Translations under genes and position numbers: made by a program
Assembly: GCA_028818775.1 (NCBI GenBank)
Contig: JAPPNE010000039.1
Location: forward strand, 8 to 64,007
From: Deltaproteobacteria bacterium
Lineage (GTDB): Bacteria > Desulfobacterota > Binatia > UBA9968 > JAJDTQ01
DNA length: 64,000 bases
Reading direction: 5' to 3'
Notes under the pieces: model-generated
What the model saw: only the letters and a program-made list of their open reading frames with translations
What the model was told of the DNA's origin: nothing
Database searches by the model: none
Part shown: in pieces, positions 11,745-24,628 of the stretch
Layout: the number at the start of each line of letters is the position of its first letter
Numbering within the stretch: position 1 is the first letter of the stretch

Positions 11745-14228
11745 TTACCGGTACAGGTGGGCGTCGTCCACCGACGTCTCCGGCTTGCGGATCTGGGGGG
11801 TGAGGGAGGGGAGGCCGGGGCGGGCGCGGATCAGGAAGTCCACGGGGATGAAGTCCTTGAGCAGGGGGATGGGCAGGCGCACGCCGGCGTAGGGGCTGAC
11901 GGCATCGTTGCCTACCACCAACTCGTCGGCCAGGAAGGAATCGGGTGCGTCGGCGCGCACGCTGACGCCCGCGGCGGTGACGCTGCCGCGGACCGTGGGC
12001 AGGCCGTAGGCCCGCTGAGGGTCGGTTTCCTTGGTGCTCAAGATCTCGTGGTCGAGGATGGCGGAACGGTCGCGAGCGGCCCGGCCGGTCTCGCGGATGA
12101 ACTCCAGGTCGGAAGCGTCGGCGCCCAGGTCGCGGGGCTCGAACCGCATCAGGCGCGTAGGAAAGTCCTCGAGCCCGTCGGTTCCGACCGGTTCGCCGGC
12201 CCCGCGCGCGCCCAGCGCGTAGCGCTTCTCGCGCAGCAGCATCTCCAGGCCTTCGATGCGCGACCGTGCCACCGGGTAGGTGCGGGTCAACGCGCCCCAC
12301 GGGGTGTCGTAGTGCAAGAGGATCGCGTGGCGGCCCAGGAGGTTGAGCCCGGCTTCGGCCAGCTCCAGGTTGCGGACCCTGCCGTCGAACAGCGCCGGCT
12401 TGAGTCCGAGCCCCTCGGGGCCGTGGAGGCGCGGGTTGTCGGCGAGGTACTGCTTGCTGAGGCGGACGCCGCGGTTCTTTGGCGCCACCAGCCGTGCCAG
12501 CCGGCCCTTGGCCTCCTCGCCGGCGGGAGTGTCTGGGTAGTGTCCCAGCACCGCGGCGTAGAGTGCCCGTTGCCGGGTCTTGGACTCCGTCCCCTCGGCG
12601 GCGCGCAACAGCGTCCGTCCGGCCTTCTCCTCCAGTTCCCGCACCTCCTCCGCCGGCTTCTTCCCGGAAAGGCGGTAGTATTGGACCGCCTTGTGCGGAT
12701 GGCCCTGGCTCCTGTAGGCGTCGCCTAGCGCCTGGTAGATGTCCCCGGACTCCTGGGATTCCGGCCGGGCGCGGACGGCGCGGGCGGCCGCGTCGACCAC
12801 GGTCTGGTTCGACACCGGGTTGCCGCTGAGCATCTCCAATAGATTGCTGGTCACCATGAGGATGTTGGCGGCGCCCAGGGTGGCGGCTCCGGCGATTCCA
12901 TGGGTGATGATCGGCGCCGCCCCGATCATGGCGTTCTTTTCCAGGAAGTTCTCTCCCAGGAGCGCGAACCGCACCTGATCCAGGCGGTAGCGCGCGTGCT
13001 CCCGGTCCAGGGCTCCGCGAAGGTTGTATTCCGGGCTGTCGAGCAGGATGCGCGCGCGTTCGCGGGAGCGCTCGGAGGAGGCGTTGCGCCTGACGGCCGC
13101 AAGCGCGCGCTTGGCGTCCCCGTGCCGGCCGTCCATCTCCAGGGCGACGGCGGCGACGTCCCGGGCGAGAGGCTCCAGGCCTTCGCTGGCGTAGCGTTGT
13201 GCCATCTCCTCCGCCCGCTCCCGCGCCGCCGCGGCGTCCCTCAGAACCAGAGCGTGGAGCAGCGCGCGAATGTCCTTCCGTTGTTCGGCGTTAACCCCGG
13301 CAAGGTCGTCGGCGTCGGCCACGGAGTTGACTTGGCGCCGTCCCTCGTCCCGCTCCTTCCGCGCCGCTTCGATCTCCCGGAGCCGCTCCTTCACCGTTTC
13401 GGCCTCCGGCGCCACCGCGGCCGCCAGCCGGGCATGGAACTCCGCGTCGTCGATCCTGCCTTCCGACAGCGCGAGGCTCGCCTGGGTATCGTGCCCGTGG
13501 AGCCACACGACGGTCTTCTTGGCTTCGAGCGCGGCGACCGTTTGCTTTACCGCGTCTCCTTGCGGGTGGTTCGGGAAACGCGCGAGAAAACGCTTGTAAA
13601 GGACCAGGGCCTTGCGCTCGCCGGCGGGCATGCGCGGCTCGCGGCCCCGGAACAACTCGGCGAAGGCGGTGTCCACGGCGGCGGTGAGATACGAGCCCGA
13701 CACCCATCCGATCAGATCCACGGAGCCGAGCATGCGGTTCAGCAGTTCGTTCCAGCGGCCGATGTCGCTCTCGGCCACGAGCGCGTCCGCCTGTTCCAGC
13801 TCGTCCTCGGCCAGGCGGGCGCGGAGGAACCGGCGCCGCGCGTCGGTGGGAGCGGTCTCCAGGCTTTCTTGCAACGCTTTTCGGTAGGCGTCGCGGTCGG
13901 TGAGGGCTGCATGGTGCAGGTCCTGCAGGCCGTGGCTCAACCCGCTTGCCCGCTCGCCGCGGGCGTCGAGTTCGCGGTCCCTCTCCTCGACATGGCGCAC
14001 GTGGTCGCGCAGCCTCGACCCGTGTCCGCCCAAGGTGTCGCGCAGCGCCCGGCGCGCGCGCTGCTCGATTTCGTCGGGGAAGTAGCGCGCGTCGGTGACC
14101 GCGGGCGCGAAGGGATCGAAGCCGTGCAGCGGGTCCAGCATCCGCGGGTGGGCATCGCCGTGGACCTGAGCGGCGGCAACGACCGGCAGTGCCAGGAGCA
14201 GGCAGAGCAGCCCGGCGGCAGTCCTCAT
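11745..14228 (-). CDS. Large secreted helical protein (827 aa) with signal peptide, unknown function
   Basis: Signal peptide MRTAAGLLCLLLALPVVAAAQ. Highly charged Arg/Glu/Ala-rich helical-repeat body. Start ATG overlaps the stop of the upstream lipoprotein gene (ATGA). Confidence 0.6.
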   Translation of the reverse strand: MRTAAGLLCLLLALPVVAAAQVHGDAHPRMLDPLHGFDPFAPAVTDARYFPDEIEQRARRALRDTLGGHGSRLRDHVRHVEERDRELDARGERASGLSHGLQDLHHAALTDRDAYRKALQESLETAPTDARRRFLRARLAEDELEQADALVAESDIGRWNELLNRMLGSVDLIGWVSGSYLTAAVDTAFAELFRGREPRMPAGERKALVLYKRFLARFPNHPQGDAVKQTVAALEAKKTVVWLHGHDTQASLALSEGRIDDAEFHARLAAAVAPEAETVKERLREIEAARKERDEGRRQVNSVADADDLAGVNAEQRKDIRALLHALVLRDAAAARERAEEMAQRYASEGLEPLARDVAAVALEMDGRHGDAKRALAAVRRNASSERSRERARILLDSPEYNLRGALDREHARYRLDQVRFALLGENFLEKNAMIGAAPIITHGIAGAATLGAANILMVTSNLLEMLSGNPVSNQTVVDAAARAVRARPESQESGDIYQALGDAYRSQGHPHKAVQYYRLSGKKPAEEVRELEEKAGRTLLRAAEGTESKTRQRALYAAVLGHYPDTPAGEEAKGRLARLVAPKNRGVRLSKQYLADNPRLHGPEGLGLKPALFDGRVRNLELAEAGLNLLGRHAILLHYDTPWGALTRTYPVARSRIEGLEMLLREKRYALGARGAGEPVGTDGLEDFPTRLMRFEPRDLGADASDLEFIRETGRAARDRSAILDHEILSTKETDPQRAYGLPTVRGSVTAAGVSVRADAPDSFLADELVVGNDAVSPYAGVRLPIPLLKDFIPVDFLIRARPGLPSLTPQIRKPETSVDDAHLYR

Positions 14229-15166
14229 CGGCTGCGCCTCCGCATCTGTTCCATCATGCCTTTCAGGCCCTCGATCTTTCCGTTGGCTTCGAGTTTCTCC
14301 GGCGCGCCGTCCTGCTGTGCCACCTCGGTGTAGAGCTTCATAGCCGATTGGGCGAAGCCCTCGAAGGTCTTGATGTCGAAGGCGAGGCCCTCCGGCTCGT
14401 TCAACAGCGCATACTCCCGCGCCAAGCCGGTATAGTAGTCGCCGAAGTCCAGCACGTGGCGGTGATACTTCTTGCTTTCCTGGTGCCGCGACAGGAGCTC
14501 GCTGTAGGCCACGGCGACGAGCTCGTCGCCGTCGTTCAGGCCGCGGCGGTTGAGCTCCACGAAGGCGACCTTGGCGCGGTCGACGCGCTCCGCCTCCACC
14601 CGGGCCAGGGACTCCAAGGGCGTCCCCGCGTGACGCTCGATCAAAGCGTTCCATGCGCGCACGCGCTCGTCCAGCGCCTTGATGTAGTCGGACGCATCGT
14701 CGGCCGGCAAGGCGGTGGCGGCGATGCGCTGGAACGTCTCCAGGGCGTCGATTTGGCGGCGCGCCTGTTCCGCCAGTTCACCCCCGGCGCGCGCCACGCC
14801 GCGGTAGTGGCGGAGCGCGCGCCGGTAGTCCCTCAGGCGCTCGTAGGCGGTGGCGCGGGTGAACCCCACGATGTCGCGGTACCCGTTCCCGTGCTTGCGC
14901 TCGAAGTCCTCCAGCCGCAGCAGGGTGGCCTTGAGGATGCTGGTGCCGGTGACGTCCTTGGGCACGTCGAACCGGTACACGTCCTCGCGTCCGAGCCGTT
15001 GGAACTCGCTGACGATCTCCACCAGGTTCGCCGGCTGCGCGTAACGCGGCTCGTAACGCGGCTCCGGTTCGGGCGAGGGCGCGCCCGTGCGCGCGCACCC
15101 GGCCGCGAGCAGCAGCGCCAGCGCAAGCCCGGCGGCCGCCGTCCGTGTCGGGTCCGGCAAACTCAT
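14225..15166 (-). CDS. Lipoprotein (lipobox LLAAGC), unknown function
   Basis: MSLPDPTRTAAAGLALALLLAAGCARTG signal/lipobox. Only the last 313 codons of the 701-aa track ORF are protein-like. Confidence 0.6.
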   Translation of the reverse strand: MSLPDPTRTAAAGLALALLLAAGCARTGAPSPEPEPRYEPRYAQPANLVEIVSEFQRLGREDVYRFDVPKDVTGTSILKATLLRLEDFERKHGNGYRDIVGFTRATAYERLRDYRRALRHYRGVARAGGELAEQARRQIDALETFQRIAATALPADDASDYIKALDERVRAWNALIERHAGTPLESLARVEAERVDRAKVAFVELNRRGLNDGDELVAVAYSELLSRHQESKKYHRHVLDFGDYYTGLAREYALLNEPEGLAFDIKTFEGFAQSAMKLYTEVAQQDGAPEKLEANGKIEGLKGMMEQMRRRSR

Positions 15167-15189
15167 GCGGCAACTTGCGCGATACGACG

Positions 15190-15546
15190 CTAGGGTCTTG
15201 TGGTGATGAGCGAATAGCACAGCACCAGCTCGCCTTCTTCGGCCGCGAAGTCGTGGGGCACGCCCGCGGGAATGTGGCACAGCATGCCGGCCTGGAGCGG
15301 CGTCACCTCGCCGCCGGCCCGCAGCCGCCCCCGCCCCCGCAGCACGTGGCACACCACGTCCTTGTCGTCGTGGACGATCTGCCGCGGGTCCGCCGCCGTG
15401 GTGGCCGCGAACGAGACCAGTCCCACGTTGAAGCCGTCGCCTTCGATGCAGCCCGTGTGGCGGATCTCCGCGTTGACGGCCGCAAGCTCGGCAAGGGCCT
15501 CGTCGATACGCACGACCTTGGTGCTGCGGGCGGAAGGGTTGGACAC
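15190..15546 (-). CDS. Cupin-domain protein
   Basis: 118 aa with a cupin core (HxH...H-like: CHVLRGRG...HIPAGVPH). GTG start with an ACGGAG RBS. Confidence 0.55.
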   Translation of the reverse strand: MSNPSARSTKVVRIDEALAELAAVNAEIRHTGCIEGDGFNVGLVSFAATTAADPRQIVHDDKDVVCHVLRGRGRLRAGGEVTPLQAGMLCHIPAGVPHDFAAEEGELVLCYSLITTRP

Positions 15547-15558
15547 GTCGGACTCCGT

Positions 15559-16497
15559 CTACCCGGCCTCCGTGATGTGGCGCAGGATGGCGTCCATGGC
15601 GCGTTCCGCGTCCGTGTCCGGCACCCGGCAGGACCCCACCACCCGGTGGCCGCCGCCGCCGTAGTGGCTGAGAAGGTCGCCGACGTTGACCGTGGAGGTG
15701 GTGTTGAAGATGTTGTAGCCCACCGAGATGGCGGTGGTGCCGGCGCGCTGCGGATCGCGCGAGACCTTCATGGAGATGTTTCCCTCGGGAAACAGCGTGT
15801 AGAGCAGGAAGCGGTTGGCGTCGGTGAGGTCCTCGGCGCCGCGCAGGTCGAGATAGATGACGTTGCCGCGAAGCTCGGCGTGCTCCATGAGTTGCCGCCG
15901 CAACCGTTCCTGCAGGCCGAGGACCCGCTCGCAACGCCGGTGGACCTCGGGGTCGTCGAGCACCTGTTCCAAAGTGCGGTCCCGGATCAGGGCGATCAGC
16001 CGGCGCCAGTAGGGCTCCTCGTCGCCGTCCTTGCCGTAGATGGTCATGGAGACGAGCACGTACCCGGCGGGGCGCAGCACGTCCTCGCGCGTGAGATACC
16101 CGCCGTCGATCTTGTCCGTGTCTTCGAGCAGCGCCGTGAACCGGTCGGTGCGCATCAGTTCGAGGCCCGGGCGGTAGCGCGTCTCCGATGCGCTCGGCAC
16201 CTCCGAGTAGTACTCGAACACCACGCGCGCGGCGCTCGGCGCGAGCCGGAAGGCGCCGCGGCCCGGCACCACCGGACGGTCGAAGCCCGCGGCCCCGTTG
16301 GTGAAGTGATGGTCGAACCACAGGGTGCACGCCGGGTGGTAGGGCAGGTTGGCGATGACGTCGCCCGCGCGGACGTCGACGGCGCCGTCCTGCATGAACT
16401 TGGGCTCGACGAAGAGGTAGGAGTCGATGTCCTCGACCGCGGTGATGAGCGCGCCGCAGACGATGCCGTCGAAATCGGGACGGGTCACGAGCCTCAT
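15559..16497 (-). CDS. DHH-family phosphoesterase-like protein
   Basis: N-terminal RPDFDGIVCGALI and downstream DHH-like His/Asp motifs (FDHHF). Start overlaps the ald stop (ATGA). Confidence 0.45.
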   Translation of the reverse strand: MRLVTRPDFDGIVCGALITAVEDIDSYLFVEPKFMQDGAVDVRAGDVIANLPYHPACTLWFDHHFTNGAAGFDRPVVPGRGAFRLAPSAARVVFEYYSEVPSASETRYRPGLELMRTDRFTALLEDTDKIDGGYLTREDVLRPAGYVLVSMTIYGKDGDEEPYWRRLIALIRDRTLEQVLDDPEVHRRCERVLGLQERLRRQLMEHAELRGNVIYLDLRGAEDLTDANRFLLYTLFPEGNISMKVSRDPQRAGTTAISVGYNIFNTTSTVNVGDLLSHYGGGGHRVVGSCRVPDTDAERAMDAILRHITEAG

Positions 16498-17612
16498 GCG
16501 CTGAGCACCTCGGCCACCGGGGTCAGCGGCAGGTTCAGGGCGCCGGCGACGCCGCCGTGGGTCACCCGCCCGTCATGGACGTTGAGGCCCCGGGCCAGCG
16601 CGGCGCTTTCCCGCATCGCCCGCTGAAGCCCCTTGTCGGCGATGGCCAGGCCGTAGGACAGGGTGGCGTTGGTCAGCGCATAGGTGGAGGTGTGGGGCAC
16701 CAGCGCCGGCATGTTGGTGACGCAGTAGTGCACCACCCTCTCCTCGACGTAAATGGGGTCCCGGTGGGTCGTGGGCCGCGAGGTCTCGGCGAACCCTCCC
16801 TGGTCGATGGACACGTCCACGATGGCCGCGCCGCGCTTCATCTGCCGCACCCGGTCGCGCGGCAGGAGCATGGGCGTGCGGTCCCCGGTGATGAGCACCG
16901 AGCCGATGAGCAGGTCGGCGTCCACGATCTCCTCCTCCAGGTTGGCGCGGTTGGACATGAGGGTGGTGAGCCGCCCGCCCAGGATGTCGTGGATGTAGCG
17001 CAACCGCGCCGAATTCACGTCCAGCACGCTCACGTCGGCGCCCATGCCCGCGGCCACCTGGCACGCGGAAGCTCCCACGGTGCCGGCTCCGAGCACCACC
17101 ACCTTGCCCGGCCGCACCCCCGAGGCGCCGCCCAGGAGCACGCCGCGTCCGCCGTGCTCGGCCTGAAGGGCCCATGCCCCCACCTGGAGCGACAGGCGCC
17201 CGGCGATCTCGCTCATGGGCGTCAGCAAGGGCAGCGAGCCGTCCTCCAGCGCGATGGTCTCGTAGCCCAGGGCGGTGACGCCCCGGTCGCACAGGGCCCG
17301 GGTCAAATCGGGCTGCGCCGCCAGGTGGAGGTAGGTGAACAGCACCAGTCCCGGTCTCAGGGAGGCGAACTCCTCGCTCAGGGGCTCCTTGACCTTCATC
17401 ACGAGGTCGGACCGTTCCCACACTTCGCGCGCCCGCTCCACCACGGTGGCGCCGGTGGCGGTGTAGGCGCGGTTGGCGATGTGGCTGCCCCTGCCTGCGT
17501 TGCGTTCCACCACCACCTGGTGGCCGTGGGCGATGAAGGCCGCCGCCCCCGCGGGTGTCAGCGCCACTCGATTCTCTTCGGTTTTCAACTCCTTGGGGAC
17601 GCCGATGACCAT
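16494..17612 (-). CDS. ald: Alanine dehydrogenase
   Basis: MVIGVPKELKTEENRVALTPAG N-terminus and Rossmann GAGTVG; the full-length AlaDH fold is recognisable. Confidence 0.9.
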   Translation of the reverse strand: MVIGVPKELKTEENRVALTPAGAAAFIAHGHQVVVERNAGRGSHIANRAYTATGATVVERAREVWERSDLVMKVKEPLSEEFASLRPGLVLFTYLHLAAQPDLTRALCDRGVTALGYETIALEDGSLPLLTPMSEIAGRLSLQVGAWALQAEHGGRGVLLGGASGVRPGKVVVLGAGTVGASACQVAAGMGADVSVLDVNSARLRYIHDILGGRLTTLMSNRANLEEEIVDADLLIGSVLITGDRTPMLLPRDRVRQMKRGAAIVDVSIDQGGFAETSRPTTHRDPIYVEERVVHYCVTNMPALVPHTSTYALTNATLSYGLAIADKGLQRAMRESAALARGLNVHDGRVTHGGVAGALNLPLTPVAEVLSA

Positions 17613-17756
17613 GATTTCATTGGTACGTGAGCACCCTTGGGGTGTCAAGACGGGGGCTCCGGCCGCGGTTTCGCGTCAATTCATTGACCTCGTTTCAAGG
17701 GCGTGTTACCGGTTTCTTGATCCTTTGGTTGTAACTTGATCGAGGCGGCGGGACCC

Positions 17757-18602
17757 ATGATCATCGACGGCAAGGCGGTGGCGCAGCAGGTGCGCGACGA
17801 GGTGCGGGTAGCCGCCCAGCGGCTCAGGAACGACCACGGCGTCGTACCCGGTCTGGGCGTGGTGCTGGTCGGAGACGATCCGGCGTCGCGGGTGTACGTG
17901 CGCAACAAGGAGAAGGCGTGTGCGGAGGTGGGCATCCGCTCGGTGGAGCATCTGCTGCCGGCGTCGGTGTCGGAGCACGAGTTGCTGGACCTGATCGCCA
18001 GTCTCAACGAGGATCCGGCCATCCACGGCATCCTCGTGCAACTGCCGCTGCCGGAACAGATCGCCAGCGCGCGCATTCTCGAGGCCGTGTCGCCGGCCAA
18101 GGACGTGGACGGGTTTCACCCGGTGAACCAGGGATTGCTCCTTTCCGGCGGCGAGGGCTTCAGGCCGTGCACCCCGCTGGGGATCATGCGCATGCTGGAC
18201 TCGGTCGGTTGCCCGCTCAAGGGCAGGAACGCGGTGGTGGTGGGGCGCAGCAACATCGTCGGCAAGCCCGTGGCGCTGATGCTGCTGGAGCGGCACGCCA
18301 CGGTCACGCTCTGTCATTCGCGCACCGCGGATCTCGCGGGCGAAGTGGGCCGGGCGGACGTGGTGGTGGCGGCCGTGGGCAAGACCCACGCCATCCGCGG
18401 CGAGTGGATCAAACCCGGCGCCGTGGTCATCGACGTGGGCATCAACCGGTTGCCTGACGGGAAGCTCGCGGGCGACGTGGAGTTCGACGCCGCGCGGGAG
18501 CGCGCATCGTGGATCTCGCCCGTGCCCGGAGGCGTCGGCCCCATGACCATCTGCATGCTCTTGTCCAACACGCTGCTGTCGGCGCAGCGTTCCGTCGCGT
18601 AG
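17757..18602 (+). CDS. folD: Bifunctional methylene-THF dehydrogenase/methenyl-THF cyclohydrolase
   Basis: [13 protein letters not shown]...YVRNK...[15 protein letters not shown] are typical FolD. Confidence 0.9.
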   Translation: MIIDGKAVAQQVRDEVRVAAQRLRNDHGVVPGLGVVLVGDDPASRVYVRNKEKACAEVGIRSVEHLLPASVSEHELLDLIASLNEDPAIHGILVQLPLPEQIASARILEAVSPAKDVDGFHPVNQGLLLSGGEGFRPCTPLGIMRMLDSVGCPLKGRNAVVVGRSNIVGKPVALMLLERHATVTLCHSRTADLAGEVGRADVVVAAVGKTHAIRGEWIKPGAVVIDVGINRLPDGKLAGDVEFDAARERASWISPVPGGVGPMTICMLLSNTLLSAQRSVA

Positions 18603-18649
18603 GCGGTACCGCCGGCCGGCTGGTGTGCCGTACACGGGGGTCTCCGACC

Positions 18650-19738
18650 ATGGTGGAAGAGGCGCAGGGCAAACAACTCCGCAGGACGCCGTTGCATGAG
18701 CGGCACAAGGCGCTGGGCGCGCGCATGGTGGGGTTCGCCGGATGGGAGATGCCGGTCCAGTACCGGGGCATCCAGGCCGAGCACGCGGCAGTGCGCTCCG
18801 GGGCCGGGCTCTTCGACGTGAGCCACATGGGAGAGTTGGAGGTGACGGGCGCCGGCGCTTCGCGGTTCTGCCAGCGGGTCACCACCAACGACGTCACGCG
18901 CCTGCAGCCGTCACAGGCTCAGTACACGCTGTTGCTGAACGAGCGCGCGGGCGTGATCGACGACCTGGTGATCTTCCGTCTGGAGGAGGCACGTTACCTG
19001 CTGTGCGTGAACGCCTCCCGCGCGGACGTCGATTTCGAGTGGCTGGCGGATCACGCGGACGACGACGTGACCGTGGAAAACGTCAGCGACGCCTATGCGT
19101 TGCTGGCGCTTCAGGGGCCCGCCGCCGCGGGAATCCTGCAACCGTTGACCGCGGCGGAGCTGTCGACGCTCAAGCCGTTCCAATTCGTGAATGGGGACGT
19201 GAGCGGAATCCCCTGCATGATTTCACGCACCGGGTACACCGGGGAGGACGGGTTCGAGCTCTATTGCGCTGCGGGAGACGGCGCCGCGCTTTGGGACACC
19301 CTCACGGCGGCGGGCGACGTGGAGCCGGCCGGCCTGGGCGCGCGCGACACCCTCCGCCTGGAGAAGGGCTACTCGCTCTACGGCCATGAACTCGACGAGA
19401 CCACGACGCCGTTGGAGGCCCGGCTCGGCTGGGTCACCAAGCTCGACAAGGGGCCGTTCATCGGCTCCGAGGTGTTGGCGCGGAAGGAGCCGCTTGTGCG
19501 GCGCTTGGCCGGGCTGATGATGGAAGAGGCGGGCATTGCCCGCCAAGGCTACCCGATATGGCGCGAAGGGCGCGAAGTGGGGCGCATCACCAGCGGCACT
19601 CTGTCGCCGACCCTGGGCAAGGCCATCGCGCTGGGTTACGTCGCGCCGGAGTCCGCGGCGGCGGACACCGAGGTGGAGGTGGAAATCCGCCGCAGGCGGG
19701 TGCGCGCCCGCATCGTCCGCGTGCCGTTCGTCCGGTAG
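18650..19738 (+). CDS. gcvT: Glycine cleavage system T protein (aminomethyltransferase)
   Basis: [27 protein letters not shown]-terminus and GcvT fold throughout. Confidence 0.9.
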   Translation: MVEEAQGKQLRRTPLHERHKALGARMVGFAGWEMPVQYRGIQAEHAAVRSGAGLFDVSHMGELEVTGAGASRFCQRVTTNDVTRLQPSQAQYTLLLNERAGVIDDLVIFRLEEARYLLCVNASRADVDFEWLADHADDDVTVENVSDAYALLALQGPAAAGILQPLTAAELSTLKPFQFVNGDVSGIPCMISRTGYTGEDGFELYCAAGDGAALWDTLTAAGDVEPAGLGARDTLRLEKGYSLYGHELDETTTPLEARLGWVTKLDKGPFIGSEVLARKEPLVRRLAGLMMEEAGIARQGYPIWREGREVGRITSGTLSPTLGKAIALGYVAPESAAADTEVEVEIRRRRVRARIVRVPFVR

Positions 19739-19767
19739 CGAACCGGCCGGCCGCGAAGGAGGAATCG

Positions 19768-20178
19768 ATGGAGTACCCCAAGGGTCTGCGGTATTCGAGG
19801 GAGCACGAGTGGGTGCTGGTGGAGGACGCGGACGGCGCCGTCATCGGCATATCCGATTTCGCCCAGAACGAACTGGGAGACGTGGTGTACGTGGAGGCCC
19901 CGGCGATGGGGGAGACCATCAGCAAGGACGATCCGTTCGGCGCGGTGGAGTCCGTGAAAGCGGTGTCGGACCTCTACGCGCCGGTGAGCGGCACCGTGGT
20001 CGAGGTCAACGATGCGCTGACGGACACCCCGGAGCTTGTCAACGAGGACCCCTACGGCGAGGGGTGGATCATCAAGGTGACCATGTCGGACGTCAGCGAG
20101 CTCGACGACCTCTTGACCCATGAGGAGTACAAGGAGCACTGCGAAGGGCAGCCGGATGACGACGACGGCGGCGCTTGA
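19768..20178 (+). CDS. gcvH: Glycine cleavage system H protein
   Basis: Lipoyl-lysine motif ESVKAVSD and EHEW motif, with an AGGAGGA RBS. Confidence 0.9.
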   Translation: MEYPKGLRYSREHEWVLVEDADGAVIGISDFAQNELGDVVYVEAPAMGETISKDDPFGAVESVKAVSDLYAPVSGTVVEVNDALTDTPELVNEDPYGEGWIIKVTMSDVSELDDLLTHEEYKEHCEGQPDDDDGGA

Positions 20179-20209
20179 CGCAGCGTACTAGAACATAGAG
20201 GAGCCTGCC

Positions 20210-23086
<2,877 letters not shown>

Positions 23087-23130
23087 CGCGGCTGTCAATC
23101 AAGCCGTATTTCGGCTAGAGTGGGGACATC

Positions 23131-23325
23131 ATGTTTGGCTTGGGTATATGGGAACTGCTGATCATCCTGGTGATCATCCTGGTTCTCTTCAGCCGCAGGC
23201 TGCCGGAGCTGGGCCAGGGTCTCGGCAAGGGGATCAAGAGCTTCCGCAAGTCGCTCCACGAGCCGGACGAGATCGACGTCACCGCCGCCGAGAAGGGTGA
23301 GGGCGACGGTTCCAAGAAAGACTGA
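23131..23325 (+). CDS. tatA: Sec-independent translocase subunit TatA/E
   Basis: [28 protein letters not shown] followed by an amphipathic helix and an acidic tail. Confidence 0.85.
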   Translation: MFGLGIWELLIILVIILVLFSRRLPELGQGLGKGIKSFRKSLHEPDEIDVTAAEKGEGDGSKKD

Positions 23326-23340
23326 GGGCGGGACGGGTCG

Positions 23341-24555
23341 CTAGGCGGCGCCGCCGCCGTCGGCCGCGAGCACCCGGCAACTGAAGGATGCCACCGCCGC
23401 CTCTGGCTTGGGAAAGACGATCGTGAAGTCCGCCGATCCGTTGGGCGGGATGTGGTAAGCGCTTTGAGGCTTGAGGCTCTGTAGCAGCGAGATCTCTCGC
23501 AGGCTCATGTCCTCGAGGATCTTGGGTGAAATGGCGTTACCCACGAAAGTCACCTGCCTTCCCACCTGTTTCCCTTCCGCATCGAAAAGCTGAGCCTCGA
23601 TCTGAATCTGACGCATGCTCTGGTCGTTCCGGTTGACCAGCTTGCCGGAGACCACGAAGACCTCCGTCTGGTTCAGGACCGGCCGGACGCCGGACACCAG
23701 CGATTCGAATACCAGCGTGCTTTGGTAGTGCTTGCTGTCGAATACGGCCGCGCCGTACCAGGGTATCCGCCGCAGCAGACCGTCCAGCGGCTGGGGGTTG
23801 ATCATGTGGATCAGCGTCACCAGGCCCGCGGCGAACAGGATGAGTCCGATGAGACTCACGAAAGGCACCACGGAGCCTTTGGTGTCGGGCAGGGGCGGCG
23901 GGGGTGCTTCCCGTTTGGGCGGGATCAGGAAATCGTCGTCGATCTCGAAGTCCGGTCGCGGGCGGTCGGGTCCCGCGTCCATGGCGTCGGAGCCGCCCTC
24001 CTGGTCGAACGTGAGAACCTGGGGTTCGTCCGGCGAAGAGGCCTCCTCGGGATCGACGTCGAACTCCGGGTAGGGGAGCTCGGGGTCGCGCGCCCCGGTG
24101 TCGTCCGTGTCGAATTCCTCGACGGCTTCCTCCTCAAGGGCCGGGGGCGGCGGGTCGCCGGCCGGCGCCAGCGCCGTAACGTCTGCGTTCTCCACGTCCT
24201 CGACACCTGCTTCCTCGATGGCATCGTCGTCCAGGGAGCCGGCGTCTTCGTCGGGTTCCTCCCGCAGGGCTCCGGGGGATGCGTCCTCTTCGGCGAGTTG
24301 GGGGCCGGCGGCGGTTTCATGCCCGGCCCCCGCCGTGTCGCCGGCCGGGTCCGGCGCGCTTGGGGTGGGATCCGTTTCCGGCGCGTCGCCGGCGGCTTCG
24401 GGCTCCGCGTCCGACCGCTCTTCGTCCAACTGCAGGCGCACGTGCACGCTGAAGACGTGCTTGCAGCGGGAACAGCGGAAACTCGGCTTGGGCGCGTCGA
24501 AGACGCTGCCGTCGACCTTGTACGTCGTGGAACAGTTCGGACAGCGAATGATCAT
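23341..24555 (-). CDS. MJ0042-type zinc-ribbon / DUF3426 family membrane protein
   Basis: N-terminal CPNCSTTY...CSRCKHVF zinc ribbon, a long acidic Pro/Glu/Asp linker, a single TM helix and a C-terminal beta-rich domain. Confidence 0.65.
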   Translation of the reverse strand: MIIRCPNCSTTYKVDGSVFDAPKPSFRCSRCKHVFSVHVRLQLDEERSDAEPEAAGDAPETDPTPSAPDPAGDTAGAGHETAAGPQLAEEDASPGALREEPDEDAGSLDDDAIEEAGVEDVENADVTALAPAGDPPPPALEEEAVEEFDTDDTGARDPELPYPEFDVDPEEASSPDEPQVLTFDQEGGSDAMDAGPDRPRPDFEIDDDFLIPPKREAPPPPLPDTKGSVVPFVSLIGLILFAAGLVTLIHMINPQPLDGLLRRIPWYGAAVFDSKHYQSTLVFESLVSGVRPVLNQTEVFVVSGKLVNRNDQSMRQIQIEAQLFDAEGKQVGRQVTFVGNAISPKILEDMSLREISLLQSLKPQSAYHIPPNGSADFTIVFPKPEAAVASFSCRVLAADGGGAA

Positions 24556-24628
24556 GGCCGTTCAGGTCGCGCGCGAACCGGGTCCCGTGACTCCATGCGG
24601 GCGCCGGGCGCGGTCCGGGGCGCGAGTG

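Noticed and set aside
14225-16330. 701-aa merged ORF
   Set aside because: Only the last 313 codons (14225-15166) are protein-like, with signal peptide and lipobox. The upstream part is an alternate frame of the cupin and DHH genes.
16557-17630. 357-aa + strand ORF and 282-aa minus ORF overlapping ald
   Set aside because: Antisense or alternate frames with biased composition; ald has clear family motifs.
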